This document shows positions 41,409-51,865 of a DNA stretch of 64,000 nucleotides, one piece after another. A program made the translations under genes and the position numbers. The number at the start of each line of letters is the position of its first letter. Positions within the stretch are counted from its first letter, which is position 1. The notes beneath the pieces were generated by a model, which did no database searches, was not told where the DNA came from, and saw only the letters and a program-made list of their open reading frames with translations. This DNA is from an uncultured Pseudomonadota bacterium (GTDB lineage: Bacteria > Myxococcota_A > Polyangia > Fen-1088): assembly GCA_963847705.1 (NCBI GenBank), contig CAWKBC010000047.1, positions 64,001-128,000 on the forward strand, in the 5' to 3' direction.

Positions 41409-42857
41409 TCAGCTGGCGGTGGCGGCGGTGACGTCGGCGATGATCTGGCGCAGACGGCCCTCCATGAGCGCCTTGATCTCGGCGAGGCGCTCCGGACCGT
41501 CGGCCTCGAAGCGCATGACCAGCACCGGGCCGGTGTTCGAGGCGCGCACCAGGCCCCAGCCGACGTTCTTGCCGGAGGGCTTGCCGGAAGGCTGGCCGTC
41601 TCGTGTTCGTTCCTGCGCTCCCGGTTCCTGGAAGAGGACGCGCACGCCGTCCACATCGACGATCGAATAGCGTTCGCGGAACCAGGCCACGGCGCGCCGC
41701 ACGACCTCGAACTTGATGTCGTCGGGGCAGGGCATCCGGATCTCGGGGGTGTTGTGCAAAACCGGGAGCGTGTCGTAGAGCTCCGCCAGCGTCTGCTTGG
41801 AATGGCTGAGCAGCTCGACCAGGCGCATCCCGGCGTAGACCGCGTCGTCGAACCCGAACCAGCGATCGGCGAAGAACATGTGCCCCGACATCTCCCCCGC
41901 CAGCGCGGCCTTCTCCTCCTTCATCTTGGCCTTGATGAGCGAGTGGCCGACCTTCCACATGATGGCCCGGCCGCCCAGGCGCCCGATCTCGTCGAACAGC
42001 GCCTGGCTGCACTTCACCTCGCTGACGAAGGTGGCGCCCGGCTGTCGGGTCAGGATCTCCCGCCCGAACAGCATGACCAGCTGATCGCCCCAGAGAATTC
42101 GCCCCTGACCGTCGACCGCGCCGACCCGATCGGCGTCGCCGTCGAGCGCGATCCCCACCTCCGCGCCCGTCGCCTTCACGCGCGCGATGAGATCGGCCAG
42201 GTTCTCGGGGACGGTGGGATCGGGATGGTGGTTGGGGAACCGCCCGTCGGGGTCGCAGTAGAGCTCGCCGGTCTCGACCCCCAGCTTCTTGAGGATCGGG
42301 ATCAGGGCCGGCCCGCCGGTGCCGTTGCCGCCGTCGACCACCACCTTGATGGGCCGCGGGCCCAGCTTGATGTTGTCGGCGATGTACGCCACGTAGTCGC
42401 GGAGGATGTCGTGCTCGGTGGCGCGTCCGGGGGCGACGTCGGTTCGAAACGCGCGCTTCTCGATCTTCTGGCGCAGCTTCTGGATCTCGCCACCGTAGAT
42501 GGTGCTCTTGCCGCAGACGATCTTGAAGCCGTTGTCCTCGGAGGGGTTGTGGCTGGCGGTGATCATCACGCCGCCGTCGGCGCCCAGGTGAAAGACCGAG
42601 AAGTAGAGGCCGGGCGAGTGGACCACGCCGACGTCGACGACGTCGATCCCGGCGGCCAGCAGCTCGCGCTTGAAGGTGGCGTGGATGCGGGGCGAGGAGA
42701 TCCGGCAGTCGCGCCCCAGCGTCACCCGGCGGGCGCCCGCTTCGGCGAAGTAGGCGCCGGTCGCCCGACCGAGGTCGGCCACGAAGTCGTCGGGAAAGTC
42801 GCTCTCGGCGACCCCACGGATGTCGTATTCGCGAAAGACTCTGGGGTTCATCGGCAT
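41409..42857 (-). CDS. Phosphomannomutase/phosphoglucomutase
   Basis: FREYDIRG, TASHNP, DGDADR, GEMSGH, RASNT. Confidence 0.96.
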   Translation of the reverse strand: MPMNPRVFREYDIRGVAESDFPDDFVADLGRATGAYFAEAGARRVTLGRDCRISSPRIHATFKRELLAAGIDVVDVGVVHSPGLYFSVFHLGADGGVMITASHNPSEDNGFKIVCGKSTIYGGEIQKLRQKIEKRAFRTDVAPGRATEHDILRDYVAYIADNIKLGPRPIKVVVDGGNGTGGPALIPILKKLGVETGELYCDPDGRFPNHHPDPTVPENLADLIARVKATGAEVGIALDGDADRVGAVDGQGRILWGDQLVMLFGREILTRQPGATFVSEVKCSQALFDEIGRLGGRAIMWKVGHSLIKAKMKEEKAALAGEMSGHMFFADRWFGFDDAVYAGMRLVELLSHSKQTLAELYDTLPVLHNTPEIRMPCPDDIKFEVVRRAVAWFRERYSIVDVDGVRVLFQEPGAQERTRDGQPSGKPSGKNVGWGLVRASNTGPVLVMRFEADGPERLAEIKALMEGRLRQIIADVTAATAS

Positions 42858-42888
42858 GATTTTGCGCTGTTCCTACAACAGGATGTTG

Positions 42889-44037
42889 CTACAAGAGATC
42901 GTGGCGGCCGGCCTGCTTGGCCGCCTCCACGATCTTTCGGACGTCCTGGGCCTTGTCCTTGGGGACCACCAGCAGCGCGTCGCGGGTGGCGATCACCACC
43001 AGGTCGTGCACGCCCACGACGCCGACGAAAGGGGCGCCCTCCTCGGCGACCACGATGCAGCCGTCGCCGTCGATCAGCGTGGCGCCGCCGAGCACGACAT
43101 TGCCGCGCGCGTCGACCGGGCGCACCGCGGGCAGCGCGGCCCAGCTCCCCACGTCGTTCCAGCCGAAGGCGCCCGGCACCACGCGCAGCCCGCTGGCCTT
43201 CTCCATGATGCCGTTGTCGATGGAGATCGACGGCACGCCGCCATAGCCGGCCGCGATCAGCCCGGCCGCAGCCTTCGCATCCTTGGCCGCCACGGCGGCG
43301 TCCAGCAGGGCCGCCAGCGCGGGCAGGTGCCGGCGGGTCTCCTCGAACATCCGGCCGGCGGTCAGGAAGAACATCCCCGAGTTCCAGAGGTGCTCGCCCG
43401 AGGCGAGGTAGCGCTCCGCCGTCGGCAGATCGGGCTTCTCGACGAACCCGGCGACGTCGTGGACGGGATCGGCACCGGCGCGCTCCAGCTTCGCGCCCGT
43501 GCGGATGTAGCCGAAGCCGGTCTCGGCGTGCGTGGGGCGAACGCCGATGGTGGTGATCGTGTCGCGCGCCTCCCTGAGCGCGACGCGCACCAGCCGATCG
43601 AAGGCCGGCTCATCACCGATGAACGGATCGGCCGGGAAGACGGCGATCACCGCCTCTGGCCCGGCGCGCCGCGCAGCTTCCACGGCGCCGAGACCGACCG
43701 CGGGCGCCGTGTTGCGCGCGACCGGCTCGGCGATGATGTTCTCGGGCGGAAGATCCGGGATCGCGGAGCGCACCGCCGCCTCCTGATCGGCCGCGGTGAC
43801 GATCAGGGTCCGCTCGAGCCCGACCAGCGCGTGCGCCCGCCGAACCGCGGCGGCCAGCAACGACTCGGGGCCGCCCAGCGCCAGCAGCTGTTTGGGACGC
43901 GCGCGCCGGCTGGAGGGCCAGAGGCGCGTTCCCGATCCGCCACCCAGGATGACGGCGAAGGCCACCGCGGACGCCGGGGACGATGTCAACGCGGCGTCCG
44001 ACGTTGGCGACGTCTTCGACGGAGGTTCCTTGGTCAT
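42889..44037 (-). CDS. manC: Mannose-1-phosphate guanylyltransferase
   Basis: GGSGTRLWPSSR...PKQ, EPVARNTAP, FVEKP, WNSGMF, WNDVGSW. Confidence 0.93.
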   Translation of the reverse strand: MTKEPPSKTSPTSDAALTSSPASAVAFAVILGGGSGTRLWPSSRRARPKQLLALGGPESLLAAAVRRAHALVGLERTLIVTAADQEAAVRSAIPDLPPENIIAEPVARNTAPAVGLGAVEAARRAGPEAVIAVFPADPFIGDEPAFDRLVRVALREARDTITTIGVRPTHAETGFGYIRTGAKLERAGADPVHDVAGFVEKPDLPTAERYLASGEHLWNSGMFFLTAGRMFEETRRHLPALAALLDAAVAAKDAKAAAGLIAAGYGGVPSISIDNGIMEKASGLRVVPGAFGWNDVGSWAALPAVRPVDARGNVVLGGATLIDGDGCIVVAEEGAPFVGVVGVHDLVVIATRDALLVVPKDKAQDVRKIVEAAKQAGRHDLL

Positions 44038-44093
44038 GGGTGGCGCACTTTAACAGACGGCGGCGGTCGGTACCTCCGTGATACGCTGGTCCG

Positions 44094-47000
44094 GTGCGGG
44101 CGGGCGAGGAAACGCTGAGGCACTCCATCGCGGCGGCCACCGACCCGCGGACGCGGGCCCGACTGCGTGTCGATCTGGCCGAGCTCTTGCGAGCGAGAGA
44201 CGCGGCGGCAGCACGCGCCGAGCTCGATCACGCCCTGCGCGAAGGGGGCCCGAGCGGGGCGCTCACCGCCGCGGCGCTCAGCTTCGCGCGCGCGCTCCCG
44301 CCGACCGAGCGGCTGGCCTGGCTGGCAGGCCTGGCCAAAGGAGATGGCAAGGCCGACGGCAAGACGGACGGCAAGACCGAGGGCAAGGCCGAGGGCAAGA
44401 CGGACAACCAGACGGCTGGCAAGGCGGACGGCAGGACGCCCTCGCCGGTCCTGATCTCTGCGCTCGCCGAAGCGCAACTCGGCGCTGATCTCCCCCGAGA
44501 CGCCGCGCTCACCTGGCTGGGGCTGGCGCGCGACGAGCGCGTGGCGCTGCACCACCGGCGCGCGGCCGCGCGCAAGGCGGCGCAGCTCAGCGACCGGCTG
44601 GCGCCGCCCGAGGCGCGCGCCGCCGAGGCCGTGTCGGCGGAGCTCTCGGTGGCGAAGGCGCGGCGCGGTCCCCGCTCGTCGCCGCGTGAGGTTCCCGACG
44701 GATCGGGCGAGACGAAGAGCGGCGTGGTGGCCTCCAAGCCTGCGGCGCCCGCCAGGCCGAATGGGTGGTCCCCCCGCGCCAAGCGTGCGCGCCCCGCCCC
44801 GACGCCACTTTGGGACCGGGCGATGGCCGATGCGCGGGCGGGTCAGGCCAGCCGGTCGCGGCGCCTCGGCGAGGAGGCGTTGCGCGCTGCCGGTCCGGGA
44901 CCGGAGCTCAACGCGCGGGTCGCCGCCCTCGACACCGCGTTGCGAGAAGGGGGATTCGTCAAGGAGGCGCTCCGCCTGCGCCGGACGCACCTCGAGGCGC
45001 TCGACGGACTGAAGGCTCGCCCGGCGCTGCTGGCGCTGGCGAAGGAGGCGGAGGCGGCCGGCCTCGGCGCCCTGGCGACCGAGTGGCGCGCTGACGCCGG
45101 CGTGGTTCCTGTGGTGGTGGCCGCGGTTCCTGCGGACGCCGCCTCCCCGGAGGCGCACTACCTGGCGGCGCAGCGCCGCCTGGCGCGCGACGGCAAAGGT
45201 GAGGGGAAGGCCGACGTCCCGGCCGTGCTCGCGCACCTCGAAAAGGCGCTGGCCGGGCATCCCGGAGCGGACGCGGCGCTGGCGCTCGCCGAGACGCTGG
45301 CGGCGCGGGTGGCCGGCAGCGAGGCCGATCTCGGGAACCGCCGGCTCGACCTCTTGCGGGCGGCGCACGCCGCGGAGCTCGCACCGGCGCGGCGCGGGCG
45401 CCTCGGCCGTCGCCTGGCGGAGACGCTCGAGGCGCGCGGCGACGCCCTGGGCGCGGTGGCGGTGCTGGAAAGCGCGCTGGCCGAAGCGACCTCGGGTGCC
45501 TGGATGGAGCCGGGTGCGATCCGGCGCAGCTCGTCGCCGGGGTCCTCGCGTCTCGATGATGGAGAGCGCGTGCGCGCCGAACGGGTCCGGCTGCTGCGCT
45601 CGCTCGGCCGCAGCCGCGAGCTGTCGGCGGCGCTGGAGAAGGACGCCGGCGCGTTGCAGGGGGAGGCGCGGTTGGCCGTGCTGGCCGAGCACGCCACGCT
45701 GCTCGAGGGGGCGGGCGAAGCCGAGAAGGCGCTCGACGTTCGTCTGATGGCGCTGGCGGAGTTTCCCGGTGCGCCGACGGTGCTCGACGATGCGCGCCGG
45801 CGGCTGGACGCGACCGGGCGCGCGGGGGAATCGCTGGCGCTGGCGATCGCGGCGCTCGATCACACCACCGAGACGACCGATCTTGCGCGCCGGCGTCAGC
45901 TGCTGCGCGACGTGGCCAGCCTGACCGAGAAGGCCGCCGGCGTCGATCGGACGGGCGCCGCCGAGGCCTGGCTGGCGGTGCTGGAGGTCGATCCGTCCGA
46001 CGCGCAAGCGGCGGCTGCCGCCGAGAGGTTTCTGGTGGCGACCGGTGATTGGGAGCGTTGCGCCGAGCTGCTCGCCTGGTTGGCGGCGCGCGCCCCCACG
46101 TTGCCGCTGGAGGCGCCGGAGAGCGGTGCCTCCAGCCGGACCGCTCTCCTCTGGCGGCTGGCGGAGCTGCGGCGTGCGCGCCTCGGGCAGATTGACGAGG
46201 CGCTTCGGCTCTACGTCGAGCTGGCGGCCGCATCGAAGTCGACGCTGCCTCCGCTGGCAGATCCGCCAGCGCTGGCGGCGTTCGTGCGGCGCGAGCCGCT
46301 TCTGGCCGTCGAGACGGCGCGGGCGGCGGTGGCGCCGACGGCGGCCGAGCGCTCGCGCGCGCTGCTCGATCGCGCGCGCGCCTTCGCGGAGCGCGGCCGG
46401 CGGGAGGACGCCGAGCGCGACGCGCTGGCGGCGATCGACTTCGATCCGCACAACATGGAGGCGCTGGCGGCGCTGGAGAAGTTCTTCGAGGAGCCGCCGC
46501 GCGCGCGTCTGCTGGTCGACGAGCTGGGGCGGCGAGCCGCCAAGCTCGAGCCATCGGCGGCGGCGCCCCTCTTTTTCGGCCGGGGCCGAGCCGCGGCGCG
46601 GGCGGGGGACAACGGCACCGCGCGCGAGGCCTACCGGCGTGCGATGTCGCTCGATCCGACGCTGGCGGAGCCGATCGCGGCGCTCGGCGCGCTGGCCTCG
46701 AAGGAGGGCGACTGGTCCGAGGTCGCCAAGCTCCTCGAGAGTGAGGTGGGGCTGACCACGTCATCGGCGCGCAAGGGCGCCCTCTTGCTGGAGCTGGCGG
46801 TGGTGCAGGGCGATCGGCTGGCTGCGCCGGCCCGCGCGGTCGCGCTGCTGGACGAGGCCGCCCGACACCTGCGCGACGAGCCACGGGTGCTGGATCTGCG
46901 GGGCCGATTCAACCTCGCCGCCGGAAACTGGCAGGCGGCGGCGGAGGCGCTCGATCAGCTGGCCGCCCGCAGCGCCGCGATCCCCGACGCGGCCGAGCGT

Positions 47001-47729
47001 TACTTCGCCGTCGGCGCCGCGGCCGAAGCGGCCGGCGAGGTCGATCGCGCGCTGACCCTCTACTCGCGGTCCTATTCGCGCGACGGCGCCTACCGCCCGA
47101 CGTTGGAGCGGCTCTCGGCGATCTGTTTTCAGCGCGGGCAGTGGGACAACGCCTGGAAGGCGACCGAGGCGCTCCTCGATCGGCACGGCGCCTCGATCGA
47201 ACCGGCGCAGCGCGCGACGTTGCTGGTCCGCTCGGCGCTGGCCGATCTGCATGTGGGGCAACGGGTCTCCGCGGTGGCCAAGCTGGGCGAGATCGTGACC
47301 CGGGGACCGTCCTACGCGCCGGAGGCCGGCATCCGGGACGTCGCGGAGAGCTGGGCGGGGATGCACCTCGAGCCGCGGCTGCTGGTCACGCTGGAGGCAC
47401 GGCGCCACGAGCGGATTCTTCGCCGTGCGCGGGAGGCCTTCGCGCTCACCGACGGCGGTGCGGACGCCGCGCGCCGTCAGGCGCTGGAGATTCTCGGCGC
47501 GCTGGCGATGGTGGACGGTCGCTGGGAGGAGGCGTTCAGCGCCCTCGAGGCGCTGGGGGCGGACGCGACGTTCGAGCCGCAACGACGCGCGGAGTTTCTC
47601 GTCGCGGCCGGGGACGTCATGTTGCGTCATTATGGCGATCGTGACGTGGCGGAGCCTTTCTACGAGCGTGCCAGGGCGCTCTGGCCGGGCCACGCACGTT
47701 TCGGGAATCCCCCGGAACATGTTTCCTAA
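44094..47729 (+). CDS. Large TPR/alpha-solenoid protein
   Basis: 1211 aa Ala/Leu/Arg-rich helical repeats (AREAYRRAMSLDP, ALAAIDFDPHN); start uncertain. Confidence 0.8.
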   Translation: MRAGEETLRHSIAAATDPRTRARLRVDLAELLRARDAAAARAELDHALREGGPSGALTAAALSFARALPPTERLAWLAGLAKGDGKADGKTDGKTEGKAEGKTDNQTAGKADGRTPSPVLISALAEAQLGADLPRDAALTWLGLARDERVALHHRRAAARKAAQLSDRLAPPEARAAEAVSAELSVAKARRGPRSSPREVPDGSGETKSGVVASKPAAPARPNGWSPRAKRARPAPTPLWDRAMADARAGQASRSRRLGEEALRAAGPGPELNARVAALDTALREGGFVKEALRLRRTHLEALDGLKARPALLALAKEAEAAGLGALATEWRADAGVVPVVVAAVPADAASPEAHYLAAQRRLARDGKGEGKADVPAVLAHLEKALAGHPGADAALALAETLAARVAGSEADLGNRRLDLLRAAHAAELAPARRGRLGRRLAETLEARGDALGAVAVLESALAEATSGAWMEPGAIRRSSSPGSSRLDDGERVRAERVRLLRSLGRSRELSAALEKDAGALQGEARLAVLAEHATLLEGAGEAEKALDVRLMALAEFPGAPTVLDDARRRLDATGRAGESLALAIAALDHTTETTDLARRRQLLRDVASLTEKAAGVDRTGAAEAWLAVLEVDPSDAQAAAAAERFLVATGDWERCAELLAWLAARAPTLPLEAPESGASSRTALLWRLAELRRARLGQIDEALRLYVELAAASKSTLPPLADPPALAAFVRREPLLAVETARAAVAPTAAERSRALLDRARAFAERGRREDAERDALAAIDFDPHNMEALAALEKFFEEPPRARLLVDELGRRAAKLEPSAAAPLFFGRGRAAARAGDNGTAREAYRRAMSLDPTLAEPIAALGALASKEGDWSEVAKLLESEVGLTTSSARKGALLLELAVVQGDRLAAPARAVALLDEAARHLRDEPRVLDLRGRFNLAAGNWQAAAEALDQLAARSAAIPDAAERYFAVGAAAEAAGEVDRALTLYSRSYSRDGAYRPTLERLSAICFQRGQWDNAWKATEALLDRHGASIEPAQRATLLVRSALADLHVGQRVSAVAKLGEIVTRGPSYAPEAGIRDVAESWAGMHLEPRLLVTLEARRHERILRRAREAFALTDGGADAARRQALEILGALAMVDGRWEEAFSALEALGADATFEPQRRAEFLVAAGDVMLRHYGDRDVAEPFYERARALWPGHARFGNPPEHVS
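44346..44435 (+). repeat. In-frame 12-bp repeat encoding GK(A/T)(D/E)
   Basis: GKADGKTDGKTEGKAEGKTD...GKADG within the TPR gene. Confidence 0.8.
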
Positions 47730-47829
47730 CACCCACTTGGTCGATTGAAACGGTTGTGCTACAAAGCGACGTCGGGTCGGCAACTTTACGTTTTCATCGA
47801 AAAAAGTCCCCCAGAAAGGACCGTTCGCA

Positions 47830-48282
47830 ATGCTCAAGAAAGTACGAAATCTCTTAGTGGTCGCGCTGCTCTCTGGAGGTCTAGCGTTGCTGACCACCAG
47901 CGGTTGCAGCAGCGACAGCACCGGTGCTGGTGGCGCAGGCGGCGGTGGCGCTGGCGGCAAAGCGGCGACTGGCGGCACGGCAGGCGGCGCGGCTGGCGCG
48001 GCTGGCGGTGCAGCAGGCGGCGCGGCTGGCGCAGCAGGCGGCGCGGCTGGCGGTGCGACAGGCGGCCATGCTGGCGCGGCCGGTGGTGCAGCAGGCGGCG
48101 CGGCTGGTGCGGCTGGCGGTGCAGCAGGCGGCACGGCTGGTGCAGCCGGTGGCGCAGCAGGCGGCGCGGCTGGTGCGGCTGGCGGTGCAGCAGGCGGCGC
48201 GGCTGGTGCAGCCGGTGGCGCAGCAGGCGGCGCGGCTGGCGGTGCAGCAGGCGGCACGGCTGGCGCGGCTGGCAGCTCGTAG
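47830..48282 (+). CDS. Gly/Ala low-complexity lipoprotein
   Basis: RBS AGAAAGGA, signal peptide ending TSGC, then GGAAGAA-type repeats up to the stop; strong hairpin downstream. Confidence 0.85.
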   Translation: MLKKVRNLLVVALLSGGLALLTTSGCSSDSTGAGGAGGGGAGGKAATGGTAGGAAGAAGGAAGGAAGAAGGAAGGATGGHAGAAGGAAGGAAGAAGGAAGGTAGAAGGAAGGAAGAAGGAAGGAAGAAGGAAGGAAGGAAGGTAGAAGSS

Positions 48283-48307
48283 TTCCAGCGCTCTACAATC
48301 GCATCAA

Positions 48308-48343
48308 ACAACGCCCGCTTCGGATCTCCGAAGCGGGCGTTGT
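48308..48343. terminator. Probable bidirectional terminator
   Basis: Perfect 17-bp inverted repeat ACAACGCCCGCTTCGGA-TC-TCCGAAGCGGGCGTTGT between convergent genes. Confidence 0.8.
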
Positions 48344-49173
48344 CATTTCCGGCCGCTGACAGCGGCGCCGACGATCGTCACCGCGAAGACGCGGTCCTTG
48401 AAGTAGGTGTCGATCGCCTCCTTGGTGAAGAAGAAGACGTCCTGCATCTGGTCGCCACGGCCGGAGAGTCGCTTCCACTGCGCCAGCGGTCCGAGCTCGA
48501 TGAGCGGCGCGAAGAAGAACTCCCGTGCGCTCCGAAACAGGATCTCCCAGCGCGCCGTGGTGACCTCGATCTTCTTGAGCCCCGCCTCCGCCAGCCAGCG
48601 GGCCAGGATCTCGCCGTCGGGGAGCGCCGCGACGTAACGATCGACCGCCCCCAGGCTCTCCAGTTTCCCGTTCTCGCGCAGGACGTCCCGGAACAGATCG
48701 AGGAACTCGGACCAGGTGCCGCGCAGCGGGGCCGAAAGCGCGAGCTGCCCCCCCGGCGCCAGAAGCCGCGCCGCCTCCTTCACCGCGGCGCGCGGGTCGG
48801 CGGCGCCCGCGACGGCCAGGTTGGAGACGACCAGGTCGGCCGAGCGATCCGGAAGCGGGATCGACGCGGGCAGCTCTGGGTGGGCGGCCAACGCGATCTG
48901 GACGTGGGGCGCGGCTTCGGCCTCGATCCGCGCGCGGGCCTCGGCGATGAAGGCCGGCGAGGTGTCGAGCGCCGTCACCTGGCCGTCGGGGACGAACCGC
49001 CGCGCCAGCTCCAAGGTGAGGGCGCCTGTTGCGCAGCCGATCTCGATCACCCGCGCGTTCGGACGCCGGTCGATGGCGCGGGCGAGCAACGTCGCGAACC
49101 GCGCCGCGTAGGCGGGGAGAATCTCGCTGTCGTAGAGCCTGGCGAGCCGGACTTCTTTCTCGGCCGGCGTCAC
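48343..49173 (-). CDS. Class I SAM-dependent methyltransferase
   Basis: VIEIGCATG, ALDTS, ADLVVSN, LLAPGG. Confidence 0.85.
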   Translation of the reverse strand: MTPAEKEVRLARLYDSEILPAYAARFATLLARAIDRRPNARVIEIGCATGALTLELARRFVPDGQVTALDTSPAFIAEARARIEAEAAPHVQIALAAHPELPASIPLPDRSADLVVSNLAVAGAADPRAAVKEAARLLAPGGQLALSAPLRGTWSEFLDLFRDVLRENGKLESLGAVDRYVAALPDGEILARWLAEAGLKKIEVTTARWEILFRSAREFFFAPLIELGPLAQWKRLSGRGDQMQDVFFFTKEAIDTYFKDRVFAVTIVGAAVSGRK

Positions 49174-49442
49174 CGCAGGGCGCTCCTGGAAGCCTGCTTT
49201 GGCGGCAGATCGACTCTCACGGCGTCGCCGCCAGGTTCATGACCTCCGACGCTAGCATGGGAAGCGGGCCCGTCGATCCCGCCCGCCAGCGTGCGCTCCG
49301 GCCGCGGCGAGCCTCGGGCTGACCAGCGCGAGCAGCAGCGGCAAACCTCCGCGCCGCAGAAGCTCGCGCAAGATTCCCATCGATAGAACCTTCTCGGCCG
49401 ACCGAGCGGCCGACCGAGCGGCCGACCGAACGGTCGTCGGCG

Positions 49443-50714
49443 TCACGGGCGGGTTCGGATCGTGACCGAGCGGCCGTGGGCGTCGAGACCCTCGACGGCG
49501 GTGAGCGCCGTGATGTGGTCGGTCTGCGCCTCCAGGGCGGCGGCGTCGTATTCGATGATCGAGGTGCGCTTGACGAAGTCGGCCACGCAGAGCGGTCCGG
49601 AGAAGCGCGCGCTGCCGCCGGTCGGGAGGACGTGGCTCGGGCCGGCGATGTAGTCGCCCACCGGCTCCGGCGTGTGCGCCCCGAGAAAGAGCGCCCCGGC
49701 CGTGGTCACCAGCGCGGCCAGGGCGCGCGGATTGCGCACCGCCAGCTCGGCGTGCTCCGGGGCCAACCTGTTGATGGCGTCGGCCATCCGACGTTCGCTG
49801 CCGACGACGAAGATCGCGCCCTGATCGCGCAGCGCCTTCTCGGCGATCTCGCGCCGGGGGAGCAACGCCACCTGGCGCTCCACCTCGTCGGCCACCTTGC
49901 GCGCGAAGTCGGCGCCGATGGCGATGAGGACGGGAACGGCCAGCGTGTCGTGCTCGGCCTGGGCCAGCAGATCGGCGGCGATCCAGGCGGGATCGACGCT
50001 GTCGTCGGCGCCGATGACCAGCTCGGTGGGGCCGGCGATCGAATCGATGCCGACGTCCCCGAACACCAGGCGCTTGGCGGCGGCGACATAGGCATTTCCC
50101 GGGCCGACGATCTTGTCGACCCGCGGGACGCTCTCGGTGCCGTAGGCCAGGGCGGCGATCGCCTGCGCGCCGCCGATGACGAACACGCGCGCCACTCCGG
50201 CCAGCCGCGCCGCCAGCAGCGTCTCGGGCGAGGGGCCAGGCGTGACCATCACGATCTCGCGCACCCCGGCGACCTGGGCCGGGATGGCCGTCATGATGAC
50301 CGTCGACGGATAGCGGGCCGTGCCGCCTGGGACGTAGATCCCGACGCGCTCCAGCGGATCGACGCGGCTGCCGGTGCGGATGGGGCCCTCGTTGATCTCG
50401 TACGAGGGGTGCCGCTCGCGCTCGTAAAAGGCGCGCACGCGGCGGGCGGCGTGCTCCAGCGCGGCGCGAACCTGTGACGTGGCGCGCGCCGCGGTGTCGT
50501 CCCACTCGGAGGGAGAGAGCTCGAGCGCGCCGAGCTCGCGCTTTTCGAACCGCGCGGTCAGCTCGCGCACGGCGCGATCGCCGCCGGCGCGCACCTGGGC
50601 GATCACCTGGCGCGCGGCCGCGTCGATCTCGTCCGAAACCGAGGCCTGCCGGTGGCAGAGCGCCTCGAACCGGGAGACGTAGTCGGCGTCGTTGTTCTCG
50701 AAGATCTTCAGCAT
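49443..50714 (-). CDS. hisD: Histidinol dehydrogenase
   Basis: [45 protein letters not shown]. Alternative start at 50732. Confidence 0.97.
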   Translation of the reverse strand: MLKIFENNDADYVSRFEALCHRQASVSDEIDAAARQVIAQVRAGGDRAVRELTARFEKRELGALELSPSEWDDTAARATSQVRAALEHAARRVRAFYERERHPSYEINEGPIRTGSRVDPLERVGIYVPGGTARYPSTVIMTAIPAQVAGVREIVMVTPGPSPETLLAARLAGVARVFVIGGAQAIAALAYGTESVPRVDKIVGPGNAYVAAAKRLVFGDVGIDSIAGPTELVIGADDSVDPAWIAADLLAQAEHDTLAVPVLIAIGADFARKVADEVERQVALLPRREIAEKALRDQGAIFVVGSERRMADAINRLAPEHAELAVRNPRALAALVTTAGALFLGAHTPEPVGDYIAGPSHVLPTGGSARFSGPLCVADFVKRTSIIEYDAAALEAQTDHITALTAVEGLDAHGRSVTIRTRP

Positions 50715-50773
50715 GGAAGAGCGGGGCAGCATAGCAGCGGGCGCCGCGGCGGGCGAACGCCCGCGACGTCAGC

Positions 50774-51835
50774 CTATCGCAGCTCCGCCGCCCCGAAGGC
50801 CGCCGTCAGATTGCCCCCCAGGCGGTCGTCGCGCAGCGGCCGCGCCGGGGCCAGCAGAGGGATGAGTCGCCGATCGTGAAAGCGGGCGTAGTAGGGCTCG
50901 GCCCAGGCGAGGTCCGGCCCGCGCGCCGGCCGGACCTGCTGAGCGACCCCCGCGGCGGCCGCGAAGGATGCCGGATCGCGCAAGCCGTCGATCACCCGAC
51001 TGGCCAGGCGCCCGAGCGCGCCATGGTCCTCGGCGTAGAGGTCGACGCCGTTGGCCTCGCCGAGCTCGGCCAGCATGATCAGCGGCGCCAGCGCGAACAG
51101 ATGATAGTGCAGCGCCATCGGTCCGCGCGCGAGCTCGAGGGGCATGAACCCGTCCGGGCGAATCTGGGCCATGCCGCCTCGCCCGTGCGCGAGCCCCCAG
51201 TCGTAGAGCGCGCGATCGCGCCCGGCGGCGCCGGCGGCGGCGACCGCCAGCGCTGCCCAGTCGGCGTGGTTGTTGGCGTCCGACATCCGCCCCGGGCGGC
51301 CGTCGCCTGGCTTCACGGCCTCGGCCACCTTCACCAGCCAGGCGTCGACGGCGGCCCGCGCCGCCGGCTCGACGTCGGGCGCATCGCGGACCTTGAGATA
51401 AGCGAGCGCCACGCCGGCCAGGGTCCAGACGCGCTCGTAGCTCCCCTGTTGATTCACCTTGCCGAGCAGCGCCCCGGCCCGCGCCCAGGTGGCCAGCGCG
51501 TCGACCGCCCGGCTCGCGTACACCGGGTCGGCCGGCCGGCTCTCCATCCATCCGTCGGCGAGGTCGATCACCTGGGCGACGTACGCGCGCAGCGGGGCAA
51601 AGGCGGCTTCGTTCTGCCGCTTGCGCGTCGGATCGGCGCTCGAGCGGGACGTGTCGAGGTAGTACGACACCCCGGTGAGGTCGCGGATCGGCGGCCCGAG
51701 CGGCGCCGGCGGCGCCGGCGGCAGCGGACGTCCAATGACCGCCCGCCGCGCGGCCACGTCGACCGGCCCGCGCAGCGCCGGCCCCGGCGAGGAGACCGTG
51801 ACGAGCGCCACCAGCAGCACTGGCAGCCGTGCCAT
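50774..51835 (-). CDS. Alginate lyase family protein (PL5/AlgL-like)
   Basis: Signal peptide, NNHADWA, ELARG...ALHYHLFALAPL, RLGG. Confidence 0.85.
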   Translation of the reverse strand: MARLPVLLVALVTVSSPGPALRGPVDVAARRAVIGRPLPPAPPAPLGPPIRDLTGVSYYLDTSRSSADPTRKRQNEAAFAPLRAYVAQVIDLADGWMESRPADPVYASRAVDALATWARAGALLGKVNQQGSYERVWTLAGVALAYLKVRDAPDVEPAARAAVDAWLVKVAEAVKPGDGRPGRMSDANNHADWAALAVAAAGAAGRDRALYDWGLAHGRGGMAQIRPDGFMPLELARGPMALHYHLFALAPLIMLAELGEANGVDLYAEDHGALGRLASRVIDGLRDPASFAAAAGVAQQVRPARGPDLAWAEPYYARFHDRRLIPLLAPARPLRDDRLGGNLTAAFGAAELR

Positions 51836-51865
51836 GCCTCAAGCTAGCGCGGAAGGCCCGGGCGA

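Noticed and set aside
47830-49173. RiPP precursor plus methyltransferase pair
   Set aside because: The small protein has a lipoprotein signal, the genes are convergent and separated by a terminator hairpin, and no RiPP maturases are present.
49252-49446. Small ORF and 3 x 12-bp repeat after hisD
   Set aside because: Short, no recognisable motif; the repeat CGGCCGACCGAG is most simply a slippage product.
41409-51835. Alginate biosynthesis cluster (manC, PMM, alginate lyase)
   Set aside because: Genes are separated by unrelated loci and no algD, alg8, alg44 or algE is present.
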